Source: Moniliella sp. 'wahieum' (taxonomy: Eukaryota). Taken from it: 64,000 bases of DNA. Made by a program: the position numbers and the translations under genes. Below are positions 51,925-64,000 of the stretch, piece by piece; positions within the stretch are counted from its first letter, which is position 1, and each line of letters starts with the position of its first letter. The stretch spans positions 310,001 through 374,000 of the forward strand of contig RSEE01000056.1 in the NCBI GenBank assembly GCA_003971905.1, read 5' to 3'. The notes beneath the pieces were generated by a model. It did not search any database. It was not told the origin of the DNA and was given only the letters and a program-made list of their open reading frames with translations.

Positions 51925-54900
51925 ATGGCCATCCGCTCCCGCTTCAAGAAGCTCACCAACAAGGAGAAGCGTACGTCCCCCCCTGCTTGCTCTGCTCTGC
52001 GTGCATGCGCTTGCACCCACGCCGCCCATCCTTCTCAGCTCCGGCTCAGCATGCCCGCCCCGCCACTGCCCCCGTGCCTGCGCAGGCCACGCCCGCCGTT
52101 GATCATCCATCGCATGCATCACCCATCCCACCACCGCCACCCTACCTGGCCTCGCCCGTCTCGGAGCCCGCGCGCCGCCGGCCGAGACGCCGCGCCTTGT
52201 CGGCGCCCTGGCCGCGCGGCGTGGGGCTGTGGCAGTGGGCGGCTGGGTGGCGCCGGTGCGCAGACGCACGGCTTGGCCACAGCACGGCTGACTGTCGTAC
52301 TAACCACCTTGCCTGTTGACAGTCCTTGTCCACCGCGGCGCCCTCGATGCCGGCGCCAACGACGCGATCATCAATGGTCTTGGGACCGAGGAGGAGACGC
52401 CCAAGCACGACACCCACGAGCATGTCGTTGACCGCGACCTGGGAGTAGACCGGGCCGAAATCCAAGTACGTGTGTTCGGCCGCTGCGGTGCCTCGTGAGA
52501 CTGACTCTCTTTCTGTTTGGGTGTGGTAGGAACACCACCTGCAAGCTGCGTTGTCCTCAACCCAGGCGGGCAAGCCCAAAGCGTACCACATCCCCACCCC
52601 CCGAAACCAAAAATGTCCTGTCAGACACCAGATGGGCAAGCTCTACCCCAAGGGCGCCTTCCACGACCCACATGGCTACATCAAGTCGAGTGCAACGGTC
52701 GAGGAGACAATCGCTGGCCCTGCCTACTGTCTCGACGAGGACGACAATGACTGGCTTACCAAGTACAATTCCCAAGCTGGTCAACAGGGCAAACCTTCCA
52801 TCTGCCCCGACACGTTTGAGATGGTCATGACAGTCTTTGAGCAGTATGTGGCGGAGAAAACAGCCCTTTATCCACCTCGATCCCACCCAGCTTCCCGCAC
52901 TCGAAGACCTACTGTCTTACTTTGACCCCGACGCGCCTCCCTCCCGCTTGGCCGATCCGGTACTTCCCCCCTGTTGGGTGAGAAACCTGCGCCGTCCACG
53001 TGGGACGCAAGAAACCCTTACCGTCACCTCTCCCTCCTCAAGCCGCGCTGCCCAAGTGTATCCTTGGTGGCGGCTACGCAGGGAGGATCGGGCGGGCAAG
53101 CCCGTCTGTCCCCAACTCAACTTTGACGAGACGAACGACACGGATCCGTATGTTTGCTTCCGTCGGCGAGAGATCAAGTTGGTGCGCAAGACGCGCAAAT
53201 CGGATGCGCTCCAAATTGAGCGTCTTGCCCGGTTGTCCAACGAGCTCACCATGGCGTCCCACTTGACCGAGATGGTGGCACAGCGGGAACAGCTGAAACT
53301 GGCCTTGGCCGAGGAAGGCGTGTCCCGCTGGGTCGCTGCCTCGTCCTTGTTGGGTTCCAAACGGCAATGGCACATTGCTGGTCCTCAGAAAGGGGTGGAG
53401 GACGACGAGCTACTCTTTGGGGTACGGGAAGAGACGCGCAAGAAGCGCAAGATCGAGGAGGGAGCACCGAGCTTGGGCATCCGTCTGCGCCGACCCAAAC
53501 CCCCAGAAGAAGAACGGGCGCCACCACCTGGTTTCAGCCAGGCCATCATCACGCGTGTCGAGGCGGTGCAGGCATTCATCGAGCGGGAATGCAGCAGGAA
53601 ACGGGCACGCGATCACTTGTTTGAGGACGTGACTGACTCGGGACTCTACCCCCCTCCGCTCCCGCTCTCTGCGCGCTCGTTCCGCCAAGTCCAGGGCCCC
53701 AGAAATGGACGCCCGCCTAGCTTCCGCTGCCGCGTGGGCCGCGGTGGGAGGGTGCTGCTCGACCGTCAGCTCCCTACGCCTACACCTGTTCCCTCCAGCT
53801 TAGATGACTGGCCCAGCGTCCACAGCCTGTCCGAAGTGGGGCAGGTAGAGGCGGCCTTGACCCAGGGAAGCCAAGAGGGCCCTACGCTTACAGGTCCGTT
53901 CGCATTTGCTCAGGATGTCGTACCAGTTCAGCTCAGCTGCGGGCCGGATCTGCCGTTCTCCCTGGAAAACGAACCACCAGGACGGGCACGGGCGTCCCGA
54001 GCCTCCACCTCTTCCATCTCGTCCCTCGCCTCCTCTGGCTCTACGGAGACAACGACCACCTTGCCAACTGAAGCGGAGGACGAGGCCATGCCCCTTCTCG
54101 AGTCCTCTCCTTCCAAAGAAAAGGAAAATATGGAGGAAGAGGAAGAACAATCAGACGAGGAGACCGTGTTCGCTTCCGCGCTGGCTTACACACGTCAGCT
54201 GGAACGGTGGCGATACGATGAGGACGATGGCCGCTGGGCCGGATTGGGATTGGCATTTGCTGGTGGGATGGAAGGGGATGAAGATTGTGTGGTGGACGAC
54301 TTTGACCGCCGCTTCATCCAATACCGTGCTCGGTTGCTTGATGGCGAAGATATCAAAAAACTGCAGACCGACACGTCCCACTTGGGAGCCGCCATGGCCG
54401 CCACGGCTCCAGCCCCACCCCCTGCTGGCGTTGCGGCGAAAGCTCCTCTGTCCTCTGCCACAGAGAAAACACGCAAGAGCGATGCTGTGTTGCCGACAGC
54501 AACAAGAGCAAAACCCCTAGTGTTCCTCCCCACCGGCTCCGCAGCAACCCCTCCAACCGCCGGCGTCTCAGCCGCATCCCCCGCACCCACCCTCGTCCAA
54601 GCCCAAACCCAACCCCAAAAAACGCGACTCGCCCAAGTGAGCACCCCAGCTGCGCCGCCCGTTCGGCAAGCCGCCGCGCCGCCAGGGCCGAGCATGCAGC
54701 GTACGCCCAGTGGCGTTGGCCAAAACTTGTATGCCAACTTGGGCTTTAACCTGGTTCCCTCGCGCTCTCCCGTTGCCGGCTCGGCTTCGGCGCAGCCGAT
54801 GCTCCACCCGCAACGTGTGGGCATGCAGGCCCAGCTTCCGACTGGGGTCAACGGTGTCAATCCCGGCTCCCCTGTCCCTGCTGCTGGTTCGAGTGGCGTG

Positions 54901-55643
54901 CCGAACGCGGTGGCCACTGGTCTGCCTACTGTCCCTAATGGCGGGACCAACGCAGCAGCCACAGCGCAACTGCGCAACGCACAGGTCCAAGCGCTGCTTG
55001 CCAACCCGCAATTGGCCGCCAGCCTAGGTCGAGATCCAGCGATGCAAGCCAAGTTGTTGGCCTTGGCCAATCGGCCTCCCACACCGTCCGGCAGCAGTGG
55101 CAGTTCCTCCCCTTCGCCGGCGCCTGCCGCATCGGCGGGCAAGGCCACGCCCAACAGCTCCCCCGCAGCAGTCCAGAGCAACGGTACCAGTGTCCCGATG
55201 AACCCGGCGCTGCTGATGCAGATGCAAATGCAGCTGCTCAAGGCGTCGCCTCAACCGTCTGCCGCGCAGGCTCAAGGCCAAGGTCCAGGCCAAGGCAAGG
55301 CCAAGGCACGCCCACGCCCACCCCACCCTTCCTCAACCTCAACCTGCCCAACGCGAACGTACCGACGATGGGCAACTTGGGTGCCTTGCCCAACCTGCCC
55401 AACCTGCCCAACTTGCCCAACTTGCCCACCTTGTCCACCTTGGGAACGAACAGTGTGGGCAGCTTCCCGCTGTCCAACCCTCTGTTGGCGGGCTCGCTGC
55501 CTCGGCAAAACATGCAACAAGCTCTGCTCATGCTCCAACGGCCAGGTAACGCGCCCCAGTCCCAGTGGCACCAACTGCAAATGCAGCAGCTCTTGCAGCT
55601 CCAGCTGGCGCAACAAGGTAACCTGGGCTCGTTTGGGAGCTGA
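51925..55643 (+). CDS. EPL1: Enhancer of polycomb-like protein 1 (NuA4 HAT subunit)
   Basis: MAIRSRFKKL, EHHLQAAL, YHIPTP, YIKSSATVEE, YCLDEDDNDWL, FEMVMTVFE, VYPWWRLRR...PQLNFDETNDTDPYVCFRRREIKLVRKTRKSD and FRCRVGRGGRVLLDR, with a Q/P-rich tail. Introns from ~51971 and ~52465. Confidence 0.95.
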
Positions 55644-55825
55644 GCCTCAGCGCGGAGCGCTGACCACCGGCACCCGGTACCCAGCTGGTACCCCCACACC
55701 ACCTCACCGCTACCTAACCTTTTTTTTCCGCTTTCATCATGGACGGAGGCCTCACCACTATCCGATGTACAGATCTATTTACTCGTGTGCCTGAGCATGC
55801 CGCTCTCCCGGTGCGAGATTTACAA

Positions 55826-56120
55826 ATGGCGGGGGGGGGCAAGGTAAGATAGTTGGTAGAAGTCACTCGACTGGACCAGCCACGGCGCCTGCGGGCTTAC
55901 GTCACGCGTCAGTGCCCCGCCGGTGCCATGTCCAGTGGCCAGTTTGCCCCGCCCTGCGACGCTCATGCGGCGGCCATCAATGACAAGTACAAGGGACACC
56001 AGCACACCGCCCGCCGGAGAAGCGCCCGCGTTTTGGGCGACCACTCAGTCTATCTACACGCCATCTTTACATCCGCCGCTTAAGTGGACCGAACCATGGG
56101 CAACAAACAACGATTTCTAG
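55826..56120 (+). CDS. Candidate small two-exon protein
   Basis: ATG GCG GGG GGG GGC AAG|GTAAGA...GCTTAC...TCAG|TGC CCC... gives an in-frame 69-nt intron (55844-55912) and the peptide MAGGGKCPAGAMSSGQFAPPCDAHAAAINDKYKGHQH... Stop is at 56083, or at 56120 if one indel is corrected. Confidence 0.4.
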
Positions 56121-56346
56121 GCAGACGTGAGCCTCCGCCCCCCTATCGGGAGCAACGCACATGGCAGCACCACGCAAGCAAAAAAAGAGGGTGTGGGAGA
56201 GAAAAAAAGAGAAGGACGATGGGTAAACAACAGGGCAAAACACAGAAAGACTATTTGGGGTCCAGATGCGATATTTTGCCGATAATGCCCTGAGTATCGT
56301 GAGCGCCCTGAGCACCTAGAGCCCAGCAATCCGGTAACTGGATGAT

Positions 56347-57456
56347 CTAGTTGGGTGCTTCGTAGAATTTGGGCAGGAACTTGACCTGATCCTTGCAGGT
56401 CGAGGGACTGGTCGAGTCGGTCGAAACGTAGTGGCCGCCAAGCAACGGACCGTAGACGTAGTTGTAGTACCAGAACTCGGTCAGCTCCTCCTTGGCATCG
56501 TCGTCGCAGCCAATGAAAGGCACGGCACCTGTTGCTTTCTTAAGCGCTGCCTGCACATCCAAAGAGCGTAGGTCGTGGTGTTCGAGGGCACAATGCCAGC
56601 AGCGGCAAGCCAAAGGTAGGTGGGGTGGCTCTGGAACTGTTTTACAATTTCTTGGAAGTAGGCCAGCACCGCATAGTCAGCGGCCGTGATGTGCTTGCCG
56701 TTCACATAGTCCTTGCGGATCTTGGAGGGAGGCATGCAAGAGGAGCGCATGGCACTAAAGCAGGTACCGTGCTTGTTATACTCGTGCTCAGGCAGGCCGG
56801 GGCTGTAGTATTGGTCCATGATGAGAGCAAGACCAGGGTCGTACGTGGATACAATATCACGGATCTTCTCCTCCGTGTACTCGGGGATTCCGGTAGTCTT
56901 GGAGCACGACTGAAAGAAAAACAAAAAGGGTCAGACCAATGGTTGATATCCCGACGGTGTGGGGCGCAGAGGATGTAGTGGTACTCACAGCAGGGTACAT
57001 CGAGTTGCAGTAGTCTGAACGAGGAAAGGGGATCGATGCAACGCACGCACATGGCCCCTGGAGTTAGTATACATATGCATGAAATACACATAATTAGGAG
57101 GGACACGTACCGGGCCAAAGACCGTGGATCGTGGTCGAGTCCAACGAGGCGGTAGTGTTGACCGCCCCCGAGTCCCAGAACTGAGTGACGAGCAGCAAGC
57201 CTGACTGCAACCCGGGGTCGGTGTCATTCCGGGGGTCGGCCCAGGTGTTGGTGCAGCACGCCTCGGGTGTGTTGGCCTTTACCCAAGTGACGTTGGAGCA
57301 GGAGCGGATGGTGAGGGCCTTGCTGCAGGCTTTGAGGTCATGATGGTCCCAGCCGGCCGGGGTAGTACCAGGCAGCATGGGCATCGCTGCGCCCTGGGCA
57401 CCGGTCACGGCCACGGCGGCGGCCACGGCAGCAGCAGTAAGAGATCGTTGAAGCAT
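56347..57456 (-). CDS. RNY1: Secreted ribonuclease T2 family protein
   Basis: Signal peptide MLQRSLTAAAVAAAVAVTGAQG, ACC...GLLLVTQFWD, CAS I TIHGLWP, CAS II EHEYNKHGTC, PTYLWLAAAGIVPS and ELTEFWYYNYVYG...STC..VKFLPK. Two introns. Confidence 0.95.
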
Positions 57457-59201
57457 GGAGAAGTGTGAGGAAGCAGAAGGACGTCGCTGGAGAACGAGAG
57501 CGAAAGGGGTGGGGATGTGCAGACAGGACATACTTGTGGCCGACTTTATAGATAGAGCAGATTGGGTAGCCATGTGGAAGTCTTTGGATCCACAACGTGG
57601 TCGGGGGAACACTGCCGCCGTGCTTCGCGGTGTGCCATGGCATGGGCGAGATAGAACGTTTGAACGTTTCATACCTCGGTCTCGGTAACCATAGGCAACT
57701 GGTACTGGGAAGGCCTCAGGCGGTGAGGACGCTTTGCTAGACAACGCGTGATCTGTTTTTGTCGTCCATCCTCGTTCCTAGCATGTTCACGTGGGCCTGA
57801 GGCCGAAAAATGGAGGCTCAAGCCGGGGCGGCTAGAAGAAAACACCTAACAACACACATGCTCACACCAAGCTGAATCAACTCTTCTCTTGGGTGTATTC
57901 AATGAAATTGAAATAGGCGAGAAGCAGGAGGGAACGTGCCACATACATTGATCACCTTGTAGTACTGTTGTAGTCTGCTGTCGCAGTTATAATTTGTGAC
58001 CTCACTATATAACTGCGTCGTCGCAGCAGATAGACTCCGCCTCGTGCCCTATTTGATGGGGGCTCACATGTGATGCATCATGTGTAAACCACATGCTCCT
58101 GGAACCATAAGCTATTGAGAATATTGAGTCCTGTTGAGAGTTATTCAGAGAAGCCGAAGGATCCATCGAGAGTTCACATTGAACGCAGGGGTTCTTGAGC
58201 GGAAAGCATATACACGCCCTCCTGAAAGAGACACATCATATATTTTCAGTGAAAGAGAGATTGGCGAACATATGATCATGCATATTGCAGTCCTTTCGCT
58301 TTATACTACTAGTAAGTTCTCCTCGTCGCAAGTGCAAAGAGGCTGATATCAAGGCTGGAGCAACACGTATATAATAGCCTGACGCCCGCGTATACCCAAT
58401 CCTAAGGGGAGGGGAGGGCAGTATATGCGTTGTAGCTCGGGAACAGATCTACTCAAGCCTGTGCAGTCCATTCGGGGAAGCGACATTCTCAATGGATCAG
58501 GCGGCTGTGAAGAAATGAAAAGGAAAACGCAGCGGAGGAGAGAACACTACCATATTGAACGCCGTGTTGGGAGAAAAGGAGTTACATCGGCTGCTCGAAA
58601 GCACAAGCGGATTGAGATCAGAACACCAACAGGCCGGGAAAGCACTTAAGGGCACCTATTCCCCTTGCCGAGACAAACGGGTTAATAGTCTCGTTTTTGG
58701 ATATGGTGTGCCGATCGCATGCCCACCACTCTCAGATCTCATCCTTCTGCAGTGACGGTGAATTCGCTGCTGAGGGGTGAGACAGGGGTCCTGACCTGCT
58801 GACGGAACGCTTGGTCTCCGAATTGGAGAGGCGCGAAAGGACAGTAGCTGCCGGAAGAGCGAAGGTGTGGTGGGGGGCGACACCCGTTTCCATAATTGCG
58901 ACATTTTGCCCAAGCTCTTTGCAAATGCTATATGGGTTCAGAAGACAGAAACGATTGGTCGATTAAGGAAGCGGGCAAATGTCGGGTGCTGAGAGCCGGA
59001 GAGGATACCCTGTGCGTAGTGTAATCTCTTTTTGTGATCAGAGAGAGTGACCGACGACGGACGACACGAGGAAGAGGCACCGCTGAAAGTTTCATCCGCT
59101 TAAAGGACTTTTTCCTGGTGTGTGCGTTGCCGTGCTTCGACACCGTTCGTAGCCTAAGCAGCTCACCGGCATCGCCACCACCGCCCCCACTTTCCCGGGA
59201 A

Positions 59202-60783
59202 ATGCTGACCCCTCACGCCGCTGCCAAGCTGCACGAGCGTGACGCCTTTGTTCTCCTGCGAGGGCTGCCTGAAGGAGCAGAGGTAGGTATCGATGGGGCA
59301 GCTTGGGCGGTGGACGCTGGCTTTGAAGGATTCAAGATGGTGCCTCAGGCTGGCATCTCCTCACCTGGAACGCCACTCCGCCCTCCTCCTCCTCTACTCC
59401 TGCCGGAACAGCCGGGCTCGGTGGAGCTATCCTGCGAAGGTTTGAGCAACACCAATTTCTTCTTCGTACTTACGATCAAGCCTCGGAGCGCTTCGTTCAT
59501 CCCGACGCCACTCCTACGCTCCCGGCTGACACGCCCCTTGCCGCCGACGAACTCGTCTCTCGCGCCCCCATTGAACCAAAGCTTCCTCCTGACATTGCAT
59601 CTTTGGACCACCTCAAGTCGATCGACTCTCAGCTGGCTCCTTATCCTCTCCCCCGTTCCGAGGCATGGTACATGGCCACCTCGGCACTGCACGCCCTCCC
59701 CGTCGTGGAGCAGGACCGCGTCGTCGCTTCTGTTTTGGGGGTTGACCCTCAAAGCGGGGATAGTTGGACAGATCCATTAGCCGAAGTTGATCTGGTCCCT
59801 TCCTCCTCCACTGCTACCGCATCCACCCGGAAACCCCCTCGATCCCAGACTTCCCTCCAAAAGGCTGAAGCCGAGTTAGAAGCTCACTGGCTCAGGGCCG
59901 CGCACGAGGACTCGGGGACGAGGCGACGCGTCCCGCTGTCCCAAGTACCTCTACTTTTGCCAACGAGACAGTTCCTCTGGTCCGATTCCCTTTTTTTGAC
60001 GCGCGTGTCTCCTGGCCTCAAGGGGCCGTAGGGGCACTGCTGACGCGCTGGAGCCTGGACAAATCGTTTGCTCTGCTGCGTCTCGCACGCGACACGTATC
60101 ATTTTGTTCACCGTACTGCTGGGCCTGCATTGCTCCGGAGGATTTGACTCTGGGTAAGAATTACGTTCTGGCCTTGTTTGACCTGAGTTTTGTTCTCTTT
60201 GCATGCGCCCACAACAGCGCCCTGCTGGCCTACTGGTCCGACTTACTCACCTTCTTCTGTCGCTCGCCTGCCTTGCTCAACGCACCCGACCCCTTTGCCT
60301 TTCATCCGGCCGAAGCTACCTCCCCCGCCCATCAGGAGGAAAGCTACGATGGCATCCCCCTAGTACCCGACTTGAGTGTGGTGGCCCGCTTTCTCCTAAG
60401 CTCCGTGGGCAGCTGCAGCTTCTAGACCCCTCTGATCTCAGTCCTGAAGCCACTACCTCCCTCCCAGGTTCCGCACCCACCTCCAAGACAACCTAGCCCA
60501 CCTGCGCCGCAACATTGCCCGCGCTCTGGCTGGTACTAGCTCTGCCTCATCTGGATCCGACTCGCTTGTGGCGCAGTGGCGCGCGCTCTCTCACTTGCTC
60601 CAACAGCGGTTCGATATGGACCTTGATGCTCAGCTGGACGAGGAAGTGGAAGCGGGCAAGGCGGAAAAGCGCTCGGCGGCATGGACAAGTAAGTTGCAAG
60701 CCCTCGGCCTTGACCCAGCTGAGCTGGACCACCTCGAGATTGAGGAGGACGAAGAAGGTCCGGTAATTATCTCCCAATGGTGA
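59202..60783 (+). CDS. AAR2: AAR2 U5 snRNP assembly/splicing factor
   Basis: AFVLLRGLPEGAEVGIDG...FEGFKMVP.GWHLLTW, DHLKSIDSQLAPYP, FDLSFVLF...LAYWSDLLTFFCRS, W..LSHLLQQRFDMDL and C-terminal EEDEEGPVII. Confidence 0.9.
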
Positions 60784-62052
60784 CGGGCATGGCCCCTGTC
60801 CCCCATCTCTCTGCTTTGGTCTACGAGTAGAGCAGGGCAGCTCCTCTTTGTTGGAACCATGAGGGATGCACTGCTTGGGCCCATCTTGGGCCACCCAGCG
60901 GATCAACCCCTGCTTCGCACCCCAACACCTCCACCCTCCCCACCCCATCCCTTTTCCGCCTCGCCCCGATCGTCGGGCACCCACACACTACATCCCTGCA
61001 TCCCATACGCGGCCGGCACCGTTGGTCACGTCCCGCCAATCTGTCGCCCATGGACCCGACACGCCTCCACGCGAACTTTGGGGCCAACTACCCTCCTACG
61101 TTGGCAGTGCTGTGGGCCGTCGTGGAATCCACTGGCGTTGCGATCGACCCGGTCTGCTTTAGCCTTTGGCTTCCGTCGCTGTATTCCCCCCTTGCTTGCC
61201 TCAACCCGGCCGGGAAAGAAGGTACACGGCTGGCGAAGGAGATACAGGAGCGCATGGTTACATGGTTCGGGACGACAAGCTGCGTTGGAGTGGCGATCGA
61301 CAATGGGGGCAAACAAGAAAAGGCAAGTCAAAATCCACCTGCGAGGCAGATGGAGGGATCTGAGATCTTGGTGATCTGATCTGGATCCTGAGGCCCTGAG
61401 GGCTTGACCGCGAGTCACGCGCGATGTCACTTGTAAGGCCTACTTGTAAGGCCCTACCGGCCCTACCAATACCATCCCATCACGCTCTGCACTCGCAATT
61501 TCCACAGCGTCCATCACTAGCTTCACACGCTTCACTTGCGGCTACGCATGTTGCACCCCATCGAACATCCGCCCTCCCAGCCACATTAAGGCGTCCCCGT
61601 ATCATACCTGACATTGCCGTTGCACTTCAGCTGCATCAGCACACGCGTTTTTTGGTTCCCGGTGCACGAACCCATATAGACTCAAGATGCAACACTATGA
61701 GATCGATGCCATGACGCTAGTCTGCGGCCATCTGCTTAATGGGGGGCTCGAGGACAAAGTTGTAGCCACAGATATCAGGATCGGAATGGGTCAAGGAGAG
61801 ATGGACATTTTTACAAAAACGAACAGCACAGAACCCCCTGGGGACGAGAGGGGGAGGAAGAGGAGTGGGGCGAGGGGGGAAGAAGAGAGCAAAGGAAAAC
61901 AAAGCCAACACCAGCGCTGAGCAAAGCAAGCAGGGTGGAACGGTATCTGAGCTCTCACCGAGCAATTCAAAGCGTACAGCAGCCTCCCAGTGGCTGGGGC
62001 TACAAGACGCAACGGCTCGTACTTCTTGAGTGTCCTGGAGAGACTTGTATCT

Positions 62053-63002
62053 TTAGGCGGTAGGTTCGGCAGGCTTCTCGGCAACGGGCTCAGCCGCCTT
62101 CTCGGCAACGGGCTCGCAGCTTTCTCTATGGGCTCCGCCGCCTTCTCAGCCGGCGCAGGAGCTTCCGCCGCGGCGTCGGAGGCGGGAGCCGGCTGAAGAG
62201 CCTTCTGCAAAGCGGGCAGGGCCTTCTCCTTGACGTACTGGAGAATGTTGTTGAACTTGGTCGAGGCCGGCACATTAGGCTCGGCCACCTCCTTGGACAG
62301 AGCGGCAAAGGCATCGGTAAACGTCTCCTTGACCGGGTGGAAGCGTGCCGCCGTCTCGGAAGGCAGGCTGAGAACGTAGGTGCGCACGCCATCAAGCTCG
62401 CGAGCAAGTTCTTGGACACCGCGTCGGCTTCGCGAGACGACTGACCCACAACCTCAGAGGGGGCATCCTTGGCCTTGGCCAGGGCGCGGCGAGGGTGCCC
62501 TGGAGCGAGGTAAGCGTGGTAAGCGCTTTCTGGACATACTCATTGTGGCTCAGTTCATCGAGCTTGGCCGTGGTGGGGTTGAGGACGCGCGCAGCATAGG
62601 CTTGGGCCAGTGCCTGCTGCGCCGTGGCCGGCGCACTGCGCACCCCATTCGCCACATCGGCCGGGGTGGCGGTAAAGGCTGCGGGGAAGGTCTGCTGGGC
62701 ATAGTCCAGGCCCTTGACCGCCAGCCCATCCAACGACTTGAGGTGAGGCTCGAGCCGCGAAGTGTACGGCTCGGCCGCACGCAGCCCCGAGGCGGCGAGG
62801 TTGCCGCCGGTAGCAACGGCGTTGGCCACCTGGGGGTAACCCGACAAGGCCTGCTGGGCGTATTTGAGCGAGTCGCTGACGAGGGGCACGTTGAGGATCT
62901 TGTTCACCGCCTCGCTCGAGGGCAGGGCGGGCGCAGCGGCGGGCTCGGCAGCGGGGGCGGGGGCCGCGGGGTGGGGGTGGGGGCAGCGTCGGGCGCAGAC
63001 AT
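62053..63002 (-). CDS. Perilipin-like lipid droplet protein (CAP20/Mpl1/Pet10-like)
   Basis: SEAVNKILNVPLVSDSL...AEPYTSRLEPHLKSLDGLAVKGLDYAQQTFPAAF resembles the fungal perilipin N-terminus. Helical A-rich remainder, tail repeats AEKAAEPV, ends ...AEPTA*. Confidence 0.75.
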
Positions 63003-64000
63003 GATGGGAGAGGGGGGGGTGGAGGTGGGGAGGTTGAGAGGGCAGGGTGGGCCTAATATAGGGGTAGGCGAGCGGGTGGGTTGGTGCGGTGGGTGCTGCG
63101 AGCTGCGACGAGCGCGACACAGGCCCAGTGGCTGGGTGGCCTGTGGGCTTTCACACCCCCGTGCGCACCAGACTCACTGGCCCGTGGGGGGGGCATGTCG
63201 CCGCATGGAGCAGTGCAGCAGCCGCATGTTTGCGTTGCTACTGTGTACTTAGGACTGGCTCTGACGCAACCCAACGCAACGCCTTCCGTTTGCCACTCGT
63301 CCGCACTGTGCGCAGACATGATTCCGCCTTTCACTTTTTGCTGGCCAGCGCTCTTCCGTCGGCTAGCCGGCCACGGTGGGTCTGCCTTCATACCAGCACG
63401 TCCCTCCGCTTCTCCTCTGTGCCCCCCCTGCCTTCCACGCCGGCCGTCCCACGTGAACGTTGAACCTCCTCTCCGCCAGCAGCGAAAAGAGCAGCAGAGC
63501 AAGCTGAAAGGTACAGAGAGACCGGCTCCACACAAGGTATATGTATATCCCCCTCTTCTCTGACCACACCTGTGTTCAGTCTCAACGTGACTGTACTACA
63601 CTCTACTGAACGTTGACGCGTTGACGTTGATGGTGAAAGACTCGATTCAATCACAAAAATCCATAGGGTTACCTTGAGATGCCACAGGTCCTGCAGTCGC
63701 GTCCTATTGAAACGGTGGGTGAATGAGGCCAAGCATATCGCTATACCACATCCACCCTTCTCCCCGGCACAGACATGGCAAAATGAACCCCACGTTGCCG
63801 AACCAAACTTATGGCCTCTCCGGCCTCGGAATGGTGGGCTCTGAATTGCCGGCGGGAGCCGCGACCGCATGTGTTCGCTCTTGGTGGGACAGTGCTGACG
63901 GTTCAGAAGAATGAATACGGTGGAAGTGAAAGAATCGGTTAGGACAATGCACCTGCAGCACGTCCCGAGTACTAGTAGTCGATCACCAGGGAGACCTGGA

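Noticed and set aside
55380..55435. Regularly spaced repeats (LPN)n, and similarly 24742-24793, as CRISPR-like arrays
   Set aside because: These are simple coding tandem repeats without unique spacers, in a eukaryotic gene context.
13452..63002. Cluster of pseudogenes or programmed frameshifting
   Set aside because: Frameshifts hit all genes alike at homopolymers, including normally essential ones, which fits an assembly artefact.

Overview
This is eukaryotic, intron-containing, GC-rich fungal genomic DNA. Short GT(A/G)NGT...CTRAC...YAG introns and the gene set suggest a basidiomycete, possibly Ustilaginomycotina (inference). Recognisable genes in order: mitochondrial-carrier-like protein, NRAMP/SMF transporter, NDK-like repeat protein, TCD1/2-type ThiF enzyme, methylcrotonyl-CoA carboxylase alpha, STIMATE/YPL162C-like protein, DUF4097-like membrane protein, PCM1/AGM1, HUS1, SPX phosphate transporter, a very long MDR-domain protein, EPL1, RNase T2, AAR2 and a perilipin-like protein, plus several orphan or low-complexity genes. 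Almost every gene has several single-base frameshifts, mostly in homopolymers. These are best explained as unpolished assembly indels, so gene boundaries are approximate and the proteins were reconstructed by eye across frames. I saw no rRNA, tRNA, CRISPR or intact transposon. The most notable observations are: (i) an apparently catalytically dead NDK-fold protein with a tail of DFSSTPGH(K/R)R...PR.N repeats; (ii) a recurrent (GT)CACGTGA promoter element upstream of many genes and a second GAACGTTGAA element; (iii) a small spliced gene candidate between EPL1 and RNase T2; (iv) a lower-GC island with an orphan gene and hairpins; (v) a long intergenic hairpin near 58 kb.
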